Shown here piece by piece: positions 1 through 10,305 of a DNA stretch of 64,000 nucleotides. Location: positions 1,088,001 to 1,152,000 of the forward strand of contig CAVQNG010000003.1 of the NCBI GenBank assembly GCA_963713825.1, in the 5' to 3' direction. Within the stretch, counting starts at the first letter, position 1. Each line of letters begins with the position of its first letter. Position numbers and translations under genes: made by a program. This DNA comes from an uncultured Acidobacteriota bacterium. Its GTDB lineage: Bacteria; Acidobacteriota; Thermoanaerobaculia; Multivoradales; JAHEKO01. Under the pieces are notes generated by a model, which saw only the letters and a list, made by a program, of their open reading frames with translations, ran no database searches and was not told the DNA's origin.

Positions 1-2297
1 CAGCATTTGAGTTGAAAATCGAGTGAGCTGTCGCCAAAGCCGGTGAAGACAACCACTGACTCCGGGTCAGCAGAGACATCAGGATGCTGCCGGGCGGTCC
101 CGAGCAGAATCTCGATGACCTCCTCGGGACTCGAGCCGTAGGCTACGCCGACGTCGATTTCGACGCGCCGGCGCCGATTCGACAAGGTCCAGTTGACGAC
201 TTGCTTGGAGATCAGGTCACCGTTGGGAACGATAACTTCAGCACCCTGGAATGTGGCCACCGTGCTGGCGCGGATGCCGATTCTGGTGACCTCGCCCATC
301 AGGCTCTCCACCTCGACGGTGTCACCGACCTGGATCGGGCGCTCGAACAGGAGTATGAGGCCGGAAACGAAATTGTTGACCACGTTTTGCAGGCCGAAGC
401 CGATGCCGACACCAAAGGCGCCAGCCAGCAGCGTTGCCTTCGACAGATCGAGACCGGCAGCCACCAGGGCGAGTGAAAAGCCGGAAAGCAGAATGACATA
501 CCGAACGACTGTCGAGATTGCGTAGGGGAGCCCTCGCTGTAGATGAAGCCGCGGTAGGAACTCCTCGTCAAGGAAGAAGCAGACGACTCGCGCAAGCAAG
601 AAAGACAAGGCGACGATGCCGACAAAGCTCAGCACCTCGCCGAGGGTGATCTCGACGGCTCGGACGCTGACGCCCAAGCCCAGAACCTTCTCGAGTGCGA
701 GCGGAAGATCATCCTTCAATCCGAAGGCGAAGATCGTCGAGTACAGCCAGGCGAGACCCCCCACAACTGCCAGAAGTCGCCGCACGAATCGCTCGATCGT
801 TGGGCCGTGAACCTTCACCAAGTTGAGGGACTGTGCAAAGCCCGTCTGAATCCAGGTCATGAACAGGCTGTCGAGCGCGATGAAAAGAGTGATGAACACC
901 AAGCCGAACCCCAGAGAGCCGGTCACCCCGTCGCGCAGCGCGCGGGCAGTGCCGATCTGACCGATGATGGCTGCCAAGATGCTGATTGCGAGCAGCGCGA
1001 TAGCTGCTTTGATCAGCCAGAGTCGGGCGGGGCGCCACCGTTCTTGAAGGACGGGCAGCCGCAGCCCCCGGACGATGTCGACCGCCAGGGCGGTGCCAAC
1101 CGCCAGGCACTGGCCCAGCAATACCAATCGGTCGAGCAGCGGCGACAGCTCGAAGTAGGGGCGGAGCGGAAACAGAGCCAGGGCTCCGGCAACGATGAGG
1201 ATCGAGGTGCGGAAGGAACCTCCCAGAACTCTGATCGCCAAGGCTGCGGCGGGGAGTGGAAGTAGGAACCGGAGCAGGCGATAGAAGATCTCAGGCGCAG
1301 GAGCCGGGGCTAGCGACAACGTCGCGAAGAGCGCTACGAGCAGGGCCAGTGGCCAACCGGGGGAGATGACTGCGAGGGCGCGCTCGGCAACCGGATCTTC
1401 CGCAGCCAGATGCTCCGCAGGTCGCTTCAATCGCAGCAGGGGCAGCAGGGTGCCCCCAAAGAACCCCACGAAGATCAGAGTCAGTCGAGGGGCGTTGTCA
1501 CGAATGTAGGAGGCCAGGTGACCACCGTCGCTCTGCACCTTAGACAAGAGATGTTGCGGAAGGTCGTCTCCGAGGCTCCCCAGTCGAATTTCCCAGATCG
1601 GCCTCTCGGCCTGCGTGACACTCTGCAATCGCATCTGGCGCCGATAAGCGGCCGCATCCGCGCGGAATGCTGCGATCCGTGAAGTCGAATCCGAAACCTC
1701 GACCAGCAGGCTGAGTACTTCGTTGCGCTGTTCCTCCACCGCGGCACTCAGCTCATCGATCTCGGTGAACGTCTCGTCGATCTGCTGGAGCAATGAGTCG
1801 GGTGCATCACGAGAGGCCGCCGCACGCTGCAGCTGGTTCCATCGTTCGCGGAGCCCATCTAGTTGATTGAGGTCACCCGCGAGGAGCATGGCGAGTCCGT
1901 TCAGGGTGCTCTCGGCTTCATCTAGGTCGTTCGCATAGGTGACTGCGGTGGTATCCAGATACAGCAGGTCCGAGATCTCGGACTGCTGGGCAGACTCGAA
2001 GCCGGCTGCCTCTGGGATCGATGCCAGCTTCTCGTCGATCTGTTCGAAACTGTCGCGAGCGGATTCGAGGGCACTTCGATCCTCGAGGCGGCGACGGATC
2101 TCGCGCACCTGTCCTTCGAATGCGGCTCGGTCGGCCGGAATATCAGCCAGCGAGACAGGAGCTGGAGACTCTGTAGTCGGCTCCACTTCCGTCGATGGAG
2201 CCGGGTCGGGAGGAGGGGCGGCCTCCTGGGCGCCGATCGGCCAGGCGCTACAGCAGAGGATCAGAAAGGCCGCGAGGATCCGACCGAGGGACCCCAC
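1..2297 (-). CDS. Large mechanosensitive ion channel, MscS/MscK-like (3' end runs off the window)
   Basis: Missing from the ORF track because it is open at the edge. Manual minus-strand translation gives a signal-like N-terminus (GSLGRILAAFLILCCSAWPIGA), TM segments and MscS motifs GFGLQNVVNNFVSGLILLFERPIQVGD, IVPNGDLISKQVVNWT and FTGFGDSSLDFQL. Alternative in-frame ATG at 2348. Confidence 0.9.
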   Translation of the reverse strand, partial: MGSLGRILAAFLILCCSAWPIGAQEAAPPPDPAPSTEVEPTTESPAPVSLADIPADRAAFEGQVREIRRRLEDRSALESARDSFEQIDEKLASIPEAAGFESAQQSEISDLLYLDTTAVTYANDLDEAESTLNGLAMLLAGDLNQLDGLRERWNQLQRAAASRDAPDSLLQQIDETFTEIDELSAAVEEQRNEVLSLLVEVSDSTSRIAAFRADAAAYRRQMRLQSVTQAERPIWEIRLGSLGDDLPQHLLSKVQSDGGHLASYIRDNAPRLTLIFVGFFGGTLLPLLRLKRPAEHLAAEDPVAERALAVISPGWPLALLVALFATLSLAPAPAPEIFYRLLRFLLPLPAAALAIRVLGGSFRTSILIVAGALALFPLRPYFELSPLLDRLVLLGQCLAVGTALAVDIVRGLRLPVLQERWRPARLWLIKAAIALLAISILAAIIGQIGTARALRDGVTGSLGFGLVFITLFIALDSLFMTWIQTGFAQSLNLVKVHGPTIERFVRRLLAVVGGLAWLYSTIFAFGLKDDLPLALEKVLGLGVSVRAVEITLGEVLSFVGIVALSFLLARVVCFFLDEEFLPRLHLQRGLPYAISTVVRYVILLSGFSLALVAAGLDLSKATLLAGAFGVGIGFGLQNVVNNFVSGLILLFERPIQVGDTVEVESLMGEVTRIGIRASTVATFQGAEVIVPNGDLISKQVVNWTLSNRRRRVEIDVGVAYGSSPEEVIEILLGTARQHPDVSADPESVVVFTGFGDSSLDFQLKC

Positions 2298-2575
2298 CTT
2301 GCATCGAAAGCAGCTGCTCGAGTCATCCACTCTGAAGTTAGGGAGCATTGGCTGAATCATGGTCGCTATCATCCCGACGGAAATCCCCTCCGACCCCAGG
2401 ACCGCTGATTGGGATGAGGACGCGGAATTCTGCCACAAAATCAATGGCCGTGGAGAACACGGGACGAAGTGAGAGGCGACACGGCACGCCAATCCCGGTT
2501 CAATGTCCGGTGGAGCACCCCCCGGAGTGGATGAGTGCAGTCGGGCTTTGGTCGACCTGTCGCGAGCCGAGTGAC

Positions 2576-3319
2576 TCAGCGAGGGGAAGACGCCGCTGAG
2601 AAGCTATTGTCCCGGGAAGCAGTGCTTTGTCGACAGCCGTTCAAGAATTCGGACTGCTCCTGCCACTGTTGCTCCGGGTGATAGATGAAGAGAAGGCTAC
2701 CGTCCTTGATGGTCTGGATGACTTCGGGAGCGACGTTCTTCTCGAGGGCTGGGCAACCCCAGCTGCGACCGAGCCGGCCGTGCTCTGCGGCGAAGTCCTC
2801 GCTGACGTACCAGGCCCCGTGCATGACGATGGTGCGCTCCAGGGCCTTGTGGTTGATCCCGGGCTCGAGGCCTTCCAACCGCAGAGAAAAGCCGTTGCGG
2901 CCGTAGTAGGTGCCTTCGGTGCGAAACAGACCAAGACTCGACTGACGACTGCCCACCCTGTTGGAGAAGCGGGTAGCGAAATTCTCGCCTGTGTTGACTC
3001 CGTGCGAAACCAACTCTCGGAAGAGGAGCTGCTTGTTGTCGAGATCGAGTACCCAGAGACGTGGCTTTGTCGAAGGAAGGGAGTAGTCGATCACGGTCAG
3101 AATCGAGGTGTCGGCCAGGTCTCGATCCTCAGCGCAATCAGAGGCTTCGAGCGCCATCCGGAGCACCCGTTGATCGATCGAAGGAGCCTCTGCCCGGAGC
3201 TCGGCGAGAAGAGTCTCGACAGTGTCCGCAGCCTGGATGGGAACGGCCAACAGAAAGAGCCTTGAAAAGAACCCGAAGACCCATATTCGTCCTGAGTTTC
3301 TTCGCAGTAGGCTGAGCAT
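2576..3319 (-). CDS. Murein L,D-transpeptidase catalytic-domain family protein (YkuD_2-like)
   Basis: Motifs IDYSLPS..RLWVLDL, VSHG, SSLG and IVMHGAWY...GRSWGCPA (catalytic His/Cys). Confidence 0.88.
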   Translation of the reverse strand: MLSLLRRNSGRIWVFGFFSRLFLLAVPIQAADTVETLLAELRAEAPSIDQRVLRMALEASDCAEDRDLADTSILTVIDYSLPSTKPRLWVLDLDNKQLLFRELVSHGVNTGENFATRFSNRVGSRQSSLGLFRTEGTYYGRNGFSLRLEGLEPGINHKALERTIVMHGAWYVSEDFAAEHGRLGRSWGCPALEKNVAPEVIQTIKDGSLLFIYHPEQQWQEQSEFLNGCRQSTASRDNSFSAASSPR

Positions 3320-3575
3320 GGAAATAGTCCTGAACTTGGGCTGCGACGCATCCCTTTCTTTCAGGGTGCTGTCGCCAAACTTGGCAACTCTACCGAATCC
3401 ACCTCTTGGGGCGAAATGACATTTGGCGCCAGGGGATCTACCGTGGGCGCCATTGAGAAGGGCAGGGGGCGTGGCAATCGATGGTTTGCCCCGCCACCCA
3501 GGAATCGGTATATCGTCGGGTCACTGAAGCTACCAGGGGTCGCGGGTCCGGTCCCTTTGTCGAAAGGAGTCGAGA

Positions 3576-4004
3576 ATGTCACGTGGCCTAGCTTTCATCC
3601 TGATCGCCTCGGTCGCCGCGGGATTGTGGTCGATACTTCTCTCCAGGGCCTCCAGGTCGGTGCACCCGGTTGTTGGAACCGGCATCGTCGAAGGCAGCGC
3701 CCTGTTGCTTGTTGCGCTCGTTGTCCTTCGCCAGCGCATCGATATCAAGAGCGCTGTGAGTCTCGAGGGAGTGGCGCTTCTCGTGGTGTGTGGCTTGTGC
3801 GTGTTTGCAGTGGACTACTTCTCTCTACGAGCCTATGAAACTGGTTTGGAGGTCAGTGTCGGGGCCCCGATCATCTCGAGCGGAGCCATCCTGTTGCCGG
3901 CCATCGTCGGCCCCATGCTGGGCGAGAGGATCAGTCCGGCGAAGATTGCCGGTATCGCCCTGATCGGAGCCGGCATCTTCGTTTTGACTCGAATGTCGGC
4001 TTGA
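3576..4004 (+). CDS. EamA/DMT family small membrane protein
   Basis: 142 aa, about 5 hydrophobic helices, LGERIS..KIAGIALI signature, AAGGAG RBS. Confidence 0.75.
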   Translation: MSRGLAFILIASVAAGLWSILLSRASRSVHPVVGTGIVEGSALLLVALVVLRQRIDIKSAVSLEGVALLVVCGLCVFAVDYFSLRAYETGLEVSVGAPIISSGAILLPAIVGPMLGERISPAKIAGIALIGAGIFVLTRMSA

Positions 4005-4031
4005 AGACCATTGCCGATCAAAGGTGTACGC

Positions 4032-4934
4032 ATGGACCAGGAACTAAAGATACTCCTTTACGCGGCAATCGGGCAGCTGTTCTTCGCAGCCCTGGGTATC
4101 CTTTTCGCCTTTCTCACCGACTCCGATGCCATCATGCTCGACGGCTTCTTCTCTCTGATCGGCTTCGGCATGAGCCTGCTGACCATGAGAGTTGCCCGCC
4201 TGGTCAGGCAGCCCGACGACGAGTGGTTTCACTTCGGCTATGCGCGATTCGAGCCGCTGCTCAACCTGCTCAAGGGGATCGTGATTCTGGGCGTCTGCGG
4301 CATCTCTCTGGCCTCGGCGATCCAAGCACTGCTGCACGGAGGGCGGGAGTTGAACCTGGGGCCGGCGGTGATCTACAGCGTTCTGGCTGTCCTTGGAAGC
4401 TTCACGGTGGCGGTACTTCTGGCCCGGGCGGCGAAGAAGTCCGGCTCACCCCTGATCGAAGTGGAGGTTCACACCTGGCGCATCGACGCCATTATGAGCC
4501 TGGGTGTCTTAGCTGCGTTCGCTGCCGCCTTCTTCGTGGACCGCACGCAGTGGTCACATCTGGTGGACTACGTCGACCCCTTGCTGGTGATCGTCCTGGT
4601 GCTCGCCGTCATTTCGACGCCGATCCGCATCGTCTGGGATGGACTTGGAGAACTCCTCGGTGCCGCTCCCAAGGAGTCGGTGCAGCAGGAGGTGGAGGCA
4701 AAATTCAAAGAGCTACTGGTGGGCTACCCAGTCGTGAAGACGGTACTGAGAATGGAAAAGGTGGGGCGGACCTCGTACCTGCTGGCCCATGTAGTCGTCG
4801 AGCCCGATCTCTCCCTGAGTGGTATCGAAGAGTTGGATGAGCTGCGCAGGAAGATCGCCGCCGGGATCCAGGACCTGCACCCCTCATGGATCGTCGACAC
4901 CGTCTTCGTGGCCGACGAATCCCTTGCTGTATAG
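4032..4934 (+). CDS. Cation diffusion facilitator family transporter
   Basis: SDAIMLDG..S, PDDEWFHFGYARFEPL, YVDP motifs; 6 TM plus cytoplasmic C-terminal domain. Confidence 0.85.
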   Translation: MDQELKILLYAAIGQLFFAALGILFAFLTDSDAIMLDGFFSLIGFGMSLLTMRVARLVRQPDDEWFHFGYARFEPLLNLLKGIVILGVCGISLASAIQALLHGGRELNLGPAVIYSVLAVLGSFTVAVLLARAAKKSGSPLIEVEVHTWRIDAIMSLGVLAAFAAAFFVDRTQWSHLVDYVDPLLVIVLVLAVISTPIRIVWDGLGELLGAAPKESVQQEVEAKFKELLVGYPVVKTVLRMEKVGRTSYLLAHVVVEPDLSLSGIEELDELRRKIAAGIQDLHPSWIVDTVFVADESLAV

Positions 4935-4973
4935 ACAGAGTCCTCTCAGAAGACTTGCCAATTCGAGGACTGG

Positions 4974-5648
4974 CTAGTTAGAGGGCGGGCGTTGGCTGCG
5001 GGCGAGGCGTCTCTCGTCGAATTTCTTCTGTGCAAAGTACGCTACCGGAATCAACATCAGAGTGATTTCCCAGAGCGTTGGGCTGAGCCAGGCGGCACCG
5101 ATGGAGACGAGGGCGATCGCCGGTTCCACCATGGCCTCGTTGCGCAGGTTGCGGATGGTGGAAGGCTTCAAATCGGGCTCGGTCAGCCTGTGATTGCGGG
5201 TGGCGTAGGTCCAGCTCAGCAGTGAGAACAGTCCGACGAGAAACATGTTGATGCTGTAGAAGGTCTGGAAGGCGAACGTGTTCGGTGCGGCACTGCTGAG
5301 GCCATTGGAGTAGGGAATGATCACGACCATGGCCAGGAAGAGGATCTGCAGCCAGAGGTGGCCGATGTTCGTCTTGATGAGGTAACTGAAATGCTCGAGG
5401 TGCTTCATCCAATAGACGGCCACCAGCACGAACGAGACTACGTAGATCAGAACTACTGGAAGCTGTCCCTTGAGAAAGTTGGTGAGCTCCCGGGGGCTAT
5501 CGACGACGTCGGTGTCGGGGAGGTCGAAGGCGCTGGCCATGTAGACCATGGAGAGGGCGAAGATGACGTCGGCCAGAATCTGCAGACGGGTGATCGGGAC
5601 CCGTTCGTGGATCTCGTCGTCGGCCACCTGGTCTTCTAGTACAGGCAT
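4974..5648 (-). CDS. TMEM175 (DUF1211) family K+ channel-like protein
   Basis: RLQILADVIFAL helix 1, YVVSFVLVAVYWMKH, IIPYS; 6 TM. Confidence 0.75.
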   Translation of the reverse strand: MPVLEDQVADDEIHERVPITRLQILADVIFALSMVYMASAFDLPDTDVVDSPRELTNFLKGQLPVVLIYVVSFVLVAVYWMKHLEHFSYLIKTNIGHLWLQILFLAMVVIIPYSNGLSSAAPNTFAFQTFYSINMFLVGLFSLLSWTYATRNHRLTEPDLKPSTIRNLRNEAMVEPAIALVSIGAAWLSPTLWEITLMLIPVAYFAQKKFDERRLARSQRPPSN

Positions 5649-5722
5649 GAAATCACCCTTCTCCTAGAACGCCATGATCTCGGATCGGTGCGCTGCCGGT
5701 TGTAGACCGGTCATGTCCATAT

Positions 5723-5774
5723 TGTAGGGGACGGGATTGCCCACTCCGGTGGGCGCCCCACGGGGACGCCCACA
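5723..5774 (+). repeat. GTAG-type REP-like palindromic element (degenerate doublet)
   Basis: TGTAGGGGACGGGATTGCCCACTCC...GGGGACGCCCACA; similar to 48239-48292 and 54111-54138. Confidence 0.65.
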
Positions 5775-5810
5775 GAGCAGGAGCATTTGCCGGTTTGGAA
5801 CTGCCGCCGT

Positions 5811-6839
5811 TCAGGCAGGTACAGCTTCGGTCAGAGCGAGGTTCGGATTGACCTCGATCCACTTCTCCAGAGGCGGTAGCACGCCCATATCGATGACCTC
5901 GTCGCGCAGTTTGACGAGATGCTCGTAGGAGGCCTTCAGGGCGGCCAGCTCTTCGGTGGTGCCGGTTGGCATCTGCCAACTGACGCCATCGTTTCCGAGG
6001 CTGGTCTCCATGGCCATCATGCACTGGCGGAACCCGATCTCTTCGGAGTTCACGAAAGTGCCGCACGGCCAGTCGAAACCCTGCCCATCGATGACGGCCT
6101 TGACCATCAGCACAGACTGATGTGAGGGGCTCTGGAAGGAGCTCCGTCCACGCAGTTGGATGATCTTTTTTCCACCCTGTCGCACATGAGCCTGGATTGA
6201 TTCCCACTGCTCCTGTGTCAGCTCGTCGGTGCCGATGATGTCGGTGAGCGGCCGGCCATCGACCAGGGCGGTGCTGGCGAAGACAGCCATCTGCTCGCCA
6301 TGCCCGCCATAAGTTCGACAGTTGGTTACCCTGTCTTGCTGTAGGCCGAAGTGCTGACTGAGGGCGGTCTGCAGCCGAGTGCTGTCGAGTGCCGCCAGCG
6401 TCGCCACACAGTTCGGTGCGAGTCCGGAATTGACAAGGGTGACGAGGCCGGTGATGTCGGCCGGATTGAAGATCACGACGACGAACTTGGCGCCGGGACA
6501 GTAGGACTTGATGTCCTTGCCGAGCTGGGCCGCGATCTCGGCGTTGCCCTTCAGTAGGTCCTCTCGAGTCATTCCTTCTTTGCGCGGCGCGCCGCCGGAA
6601 GTGATGATGTAGGAGGCGTCGGTCAGGGCCTCGCCGATGTCCGAGGTCCAGGTGACGCGAGCGCCTGGAAAGGCGCAGTGGTACATCTCCTCGGCCGCTC
6701 CCTGGTTGCCCTTTTCGAAGGGGTCGTACATGGCCACGTTCGGGGTCAGGCCCATGGTCAACACCGTCTGGACCATGTTCGAGCCGATGGCTCCAGCCGA
6801 GCCGAGAATGGCGATCTTGTCTTGCGTCAAATAGGTCAT
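5811..6839 (-). CDS. mdh: Malate dehydrogenase
   Basis: GSAGAIG Rossmann motif, GAPRKEGMTREDLL substrate loop, NPAD, LDSTR, GGHGE; AGGAGG RBS before ATG 6839. Confidence 0.92.
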   Translation of the reverse strand: MTYLTQDKIAILGSAGAIGSNMVQTVLTMGLTPNVAMYDPFEKGNQGAAEEMYHCAFPGARVTWTSDIGEALTDASYIITSGGAPRKEGMTREDLLKGNAEIAAQLGKDIKSYCPGAKFVVVIFNPADITGLVTLVNSGLAPNCVATLAALDSTRLQTALSQHFGLQQDRVTNCRTYGGHGEQMAVFASTALVDGRPLTDIIGTDELTQEQWESIQAHVRQGGKKIIQLRGRSSFQSPSHQSVLMVKAVIDGQGFDWPCGTFVNSEEIGFRQCMMAMETSLGNDGVSWQMPTGTTEELAALKASYEHLVKLRDEVIDMGVLPPLEKWIEVNPNLALTEAVPA

Positions 6840-7041
6840 GGGGACACCTCCTGAGTGATGAGGGTTGGAGAAGGAGCACACGCTCCACCGATCATTCTAG
6901 CTCTGATTGAAAGTGCGTGCGCCGGAATTTCCGCCGCCGATCGCAACGGCACCATGCGGTAGGGGATCAAACCGGTGAGCAGCCATCTGGATGCCATACA
7001 ATTCAAGACGCCAAAAAACTAAGACAGTGGAGATCGAGGCC

Positions 7042-10000
7042 ATGCCCGCCAGTCAGCCTACCCACGCCATTGGTTTCAGCCGCATTCTCGGTTTGCGCGA
7101 CTCGGTGGCGCTGGGCATGAGCCTGAGTGTGCCACTCGTTGTCGTGGTCATGACCGAAGCGGTCTTCGCCGCGGTAGGCCGATCCACGCCCTTGGCCTAT
7201 CTTCTAGCCATTCCTCTCTACATACCGCTGATCTTGAGCTACATGGAGCTCGCTGGCGGTAGACCCGGCAGTGCCAGCGCCTTACAACTCGCCGGCTCGT
7301 TGAAGAATTCAGGGTTGGCCTTCAGTGTCGGGTGGCTGATGCTGGCAGGGCTGGTTTCGGTGGCAGCACTGCTCGTCTTGGCCGTGGCAGAGCGCCTCGG
7401 GCTTTGGTTTGGCCAGCTGTTTGGGATCGAGATCAGCAATGTCTGGTTAATGGCGGCGGTGATCTTGCTGGCGTCGGTGCACGAAGGCTTGAGCGATATC
7501 GATCGATGGCGAATGAGGACAGCGATCGTCGTCCTGGCGCTGGTCCTGACCGTGGGGATCCTCGTCTGGGGCTTTGTGGCCCATCCCCCAGGTGGTGAGC
7601 TGATAGAAGCGCGCCTGTTCGGTCATGATCTGACTGCAGTTGCCCTCTTGGCGGCAGGTCTGTGGAGTATCGACCTGCTGCTGAATCATCGGCGGCAGAT
7701 GCGACGCCCCGATGCGACGCTCAAGAGCGCCTCACTTGCCGTTTGGATCTTCACCGGGGTGCTCGCGGTGGCCACGACTGCGCTGGCTGTCCGCACACCC
7801 GAGATTTGGATGGCCGATTGGTCGGAGAAGCTCTCCTGGGGAGAGAGCCGTCTCCAGCTGACTGCTCTGGTCGTCTCGACGACCTTCTGTTGGATTGGCC
7901 TGTCACGGGTGGTGTCTCGCACTGTGCGTCTGACGGGCGCCCTTGCCCACGAGGGCTTTCTTCCGCGCATCGGCAAGGTTGGCGAGCTGCGGAGGACTCG
8001 GTCGCTGGTTACTCTGAGCTCGCTTGCCGTGGTCCTCGTGATTGTGGGTTGGTGGGTACCTGATGGCGTCCTGATGACGCTGGCGGCCATGACCTTTCTG
8101 TGGGTCACGGTGCTCGTGATGGTGCCGCATGCCCGGCGACCGGCGAGAGAGCTGGCTCCTGGTCGTCGGAATCGGTTGCCGCTTCACCCGCTATTCCCAG
8201 GCTACTCTGCAGCCGTAGCCGTCTTCCTCTCGTGGGTGTTGCCGTTACGAGTCAGCGCGATCGTGCTCGGATGGCTAGCGCTGGGCGGCGTCTACTACTA
8301 CTTCTTTGCCCGCAGGGCCCATACCGAGGTGAAGCAGGACAAGGCGGTCGTTGGAGTGGGGATCGAGGAGAGCAAGAAGGAAAGGCCGCGAGTGATGGTC
8401 GGCATCGAGGACGACCAGCAGCTCCCGGCTCTCCTCAAGAGCGGTGCTGCTTTGGCGCGAGCATACAGCGGTGAGCTGATGGTGCTACGGGTGCTTCCTC
8501 TCACCGACGAGCTTTCCCTCCACGGTGCCCAACGCAGTGCGCAATCGGAATGGGCAGCGCTCGAACGCCAGATGCAGCCCCACCTGGACGCAGCGGTAGA
8601 AACGCAGACGGTGGTGAGGATCGCGCCGAGCGTGGAGTCTGGCATCGTCGCGACGGCCAATGAGTACGACGCCGATGTCGTGGTCATGGCGGCCCCGAGA
8701 GTTCCCCTGGCCGATGCCTCGACGAGTGCGGCGGCCAGGGTCTTCTCAGCGACCTCCCGACCTTTGGCGATTTTGAAGGGTGACTATCCCGACACGGGCC
8801 CCAACATAACGGTCGCTACGGGTGGAGGACCCCACGCAGTCAAGGGCCTGGAGCTCGGAGATCAATTGGCCGCTGGGCTCGGTGGGAATCTGGAACTGGT
8901 GAGCGTGAATGTGCACTCGCGATCGGACGAGGCGGCCAAGGCCGCCATCCAAAGGACGCTGGATGCCGCACAATCGGTTACCGATGTACCAACCAGGGTC
9001 ATTGAGGCCAAGAGTGTCGAGAAGGGCCTGGAGGAGGCAGGGGATCTCCTGATCATCGGCTCTTCGACCGATCGACTCCTGAGCCAGACGGTATTCGGCG
9101 GACTGCCTATCGAGGTGGCACGGGCGCGAGCCGGTGCGACGATCGTCGTCAAGCGGGCCGAGGCGACCATGCACTTCTGGAGACGCCGGCTCTGGGAGCT
9201 GTCGACCCGGATTCTGCCAACCCTCTCGGTCAGGGAACGCTCCGAAGTCTATGCGCAGATGGCCGATGACGCCCGGGCGAATGTGGACTTCTACGCCTTG
9301 ATCTCCCTGTCTTCGGCCATCGCTCTCCTCGGCCTGCTCCTCGACAGTAGCGCCGTGATCATTGGAGCCATGCTGGTTGCACCGCTCATGAGCCCCATTC
9401 TGTCCCTGGCTCAGGGGATCGTTCAGGGCAACCCTCATCTCATCCAGCGGGCCGGTGCTTCGACCTTCAAGGGGACCGTCGTGGCGATCGGGGTCAGCAC
9501 GGCCTTGACCTTGCTACTGCGCGTGGCCCAGCCGACAGGCGAGATCCTGGCCCGAGTGAGACCGAATCTGCTCGACCTTGGTGTGGCACTTGCCGCGGGT
9601 GCCGCGGCCGCCTATGCCGTGAGTCGGAAATCGGTTGCGGCGGCGCTGCCTGGCGTGGCGATCAGCGTCGCCCTTGTACCCCCTCTCGGCGTGGTGGGCT
9701 ACGGCCTGGGAACCTCGCAGTTCGAAATCGCTGGGGGCGCCTTGCTGCTCTTCCTGACCAATCTGGGTGGCATCGTCCTGGTGGGCGTGTTGATCTTCTT
9801 GATGATGGGATTCAGACCCACCCTGGCGGAACGCGGAACACGGGCCCGCCAAGCAACCTTCTTCGCGGTCATGGGTCTCGTTCTGGTCGCGCTGCCTCTC
9901 GGCCTGACCACCGTCAATGTCGCGCGAGAGCGCAACCTGAGGACCCAGATCAACAAGATCCTCGGCCAACTCGACTCGGACGCGTTTGGCATCAACCGCT

Positions 10001-10296
10001 ACTCGATCCAGAAGCGCGGCGGCCAATTCGTCGTCGTCGGGACGATTTACGCCTACCAGGAGATTCGACGCGACCAGGTGGAGATGGTACAGAAGCGGCT
10101 CTCGGACGCGGCCGGTGTGCCCGTCAAGCTCCGAGTGACCATTGTGCCTGCCACTTTGACCGAGGTCGGTGGTAACTCAGAAGGTAAAGGTGTAGGGATG
10201 GCGCCGGTGGTACCATCGATCGAAGTCGATGGTCTCGGCGAGCCTCTCGAACAGGAGACAATCGAGGTCGCCCCGCCGGAGCCTCAGGGAAACTAG
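7042..10296 (+). CDS. Fusion of APC amino-acid permease, tandem universal stress (USP) domains and DUF389 (TIGR00341-like) membrane domain
   Basis: N-terminal ~12 TM permease. Middle region VMVGIE...ADVVVM and TGGGPHA...LIIG (USP-like). C-terminus DSSAVIIGAMLVAPLMSPI and LPGVAISVALVPPL (DUF389). Confidence 0.82.
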   Translation: MPASQPTHAIGFSRILGLRDSVALGMSLSVPLVVVVMTEAVFAAVGRSTPLAYLLAIPLYIPLILSYMELAGGRPGSASALQLAGSLKNSGLAFSVGWLMLAGLVSVAALLVLAVAERLGLWFGQLFGIEISNVWLMAAVILLASVHEGLSDIDRWRMRTAIVVLALVLTVGILVWGFVAHPPGGELIEARLFGHDLTAVALLAAGLWSIDLLLNHRRQMRRPDATLKSASLAVWIFTGVLAVATTALAVRTPEIWMADWSEKLSWGESRLQLTALVVSTTFCWIGLSRVVSRTVRLTGALAHEGFLPRIGKVGELRRTRSLVTLSSLAVVLVIVGWWVPDGVLMTLAAMTFLWVTVLVMVPHARRPARELAPGRRNRLPLHPLFPGYSAAVAVFLSWVLPLRVSAIVLGWLALGGVYYYFFARRAHTEVKQDKAVVGVGIEESKKERPRVMVGIEDDQQLPALLKSGAALARAYSGELMVLRVLPLTDELSLHGAQRSAQSEWAALERQMQPHLDAAVETQTVVRIAPSVESGIVATANEYDADVVVMAAPRVPLADASTSAAARVFSATSRPLAILKGDYPDTGPNITVATGGGPHAVKGLELGDQLAAGLGGNLELVSVNVHSRSDEAAKAAIQRTLDAAQSVTDVPTRVIEAKSVEKGLEEAGDLLIIGSSTDRLLSQTVFGGLPIEVARARAGATIVVKRAEATMHFWRRRLWELSTRILPTLSVRERSEVYAQMADDARANVDFYALISLSSAIALLGLLLDSSAVIIGAMLVAPLMSPILSLAQGIVQGNPHLIQRAGASTFKGTVVAIGVSTALTLLLRVAQPTGEILARVRPNLLDLGVALAAGAAAAYAVSRKSVAAALPGVAISVALVPPLGVVGYGLGTSQFEIAGGALLLFLTNLGGIVLVGVLIFLMMGFRPTLAERGTRARQATFFAVMGLVLVALPLGLTTVNVARERNLRTQINKILGQLDSDAFGINRYSIQKRGGQFVVVGTIYAYQEIRRDQVEMVQKRLSDAAGVPVKLRVTIVPATLTEVGGNSEGKGVGMAPVVPSIEVDGLGEPLEQETIEVAPPEPQGN

Positions 10297-10305
10297 CGAG
10301 CCGAC

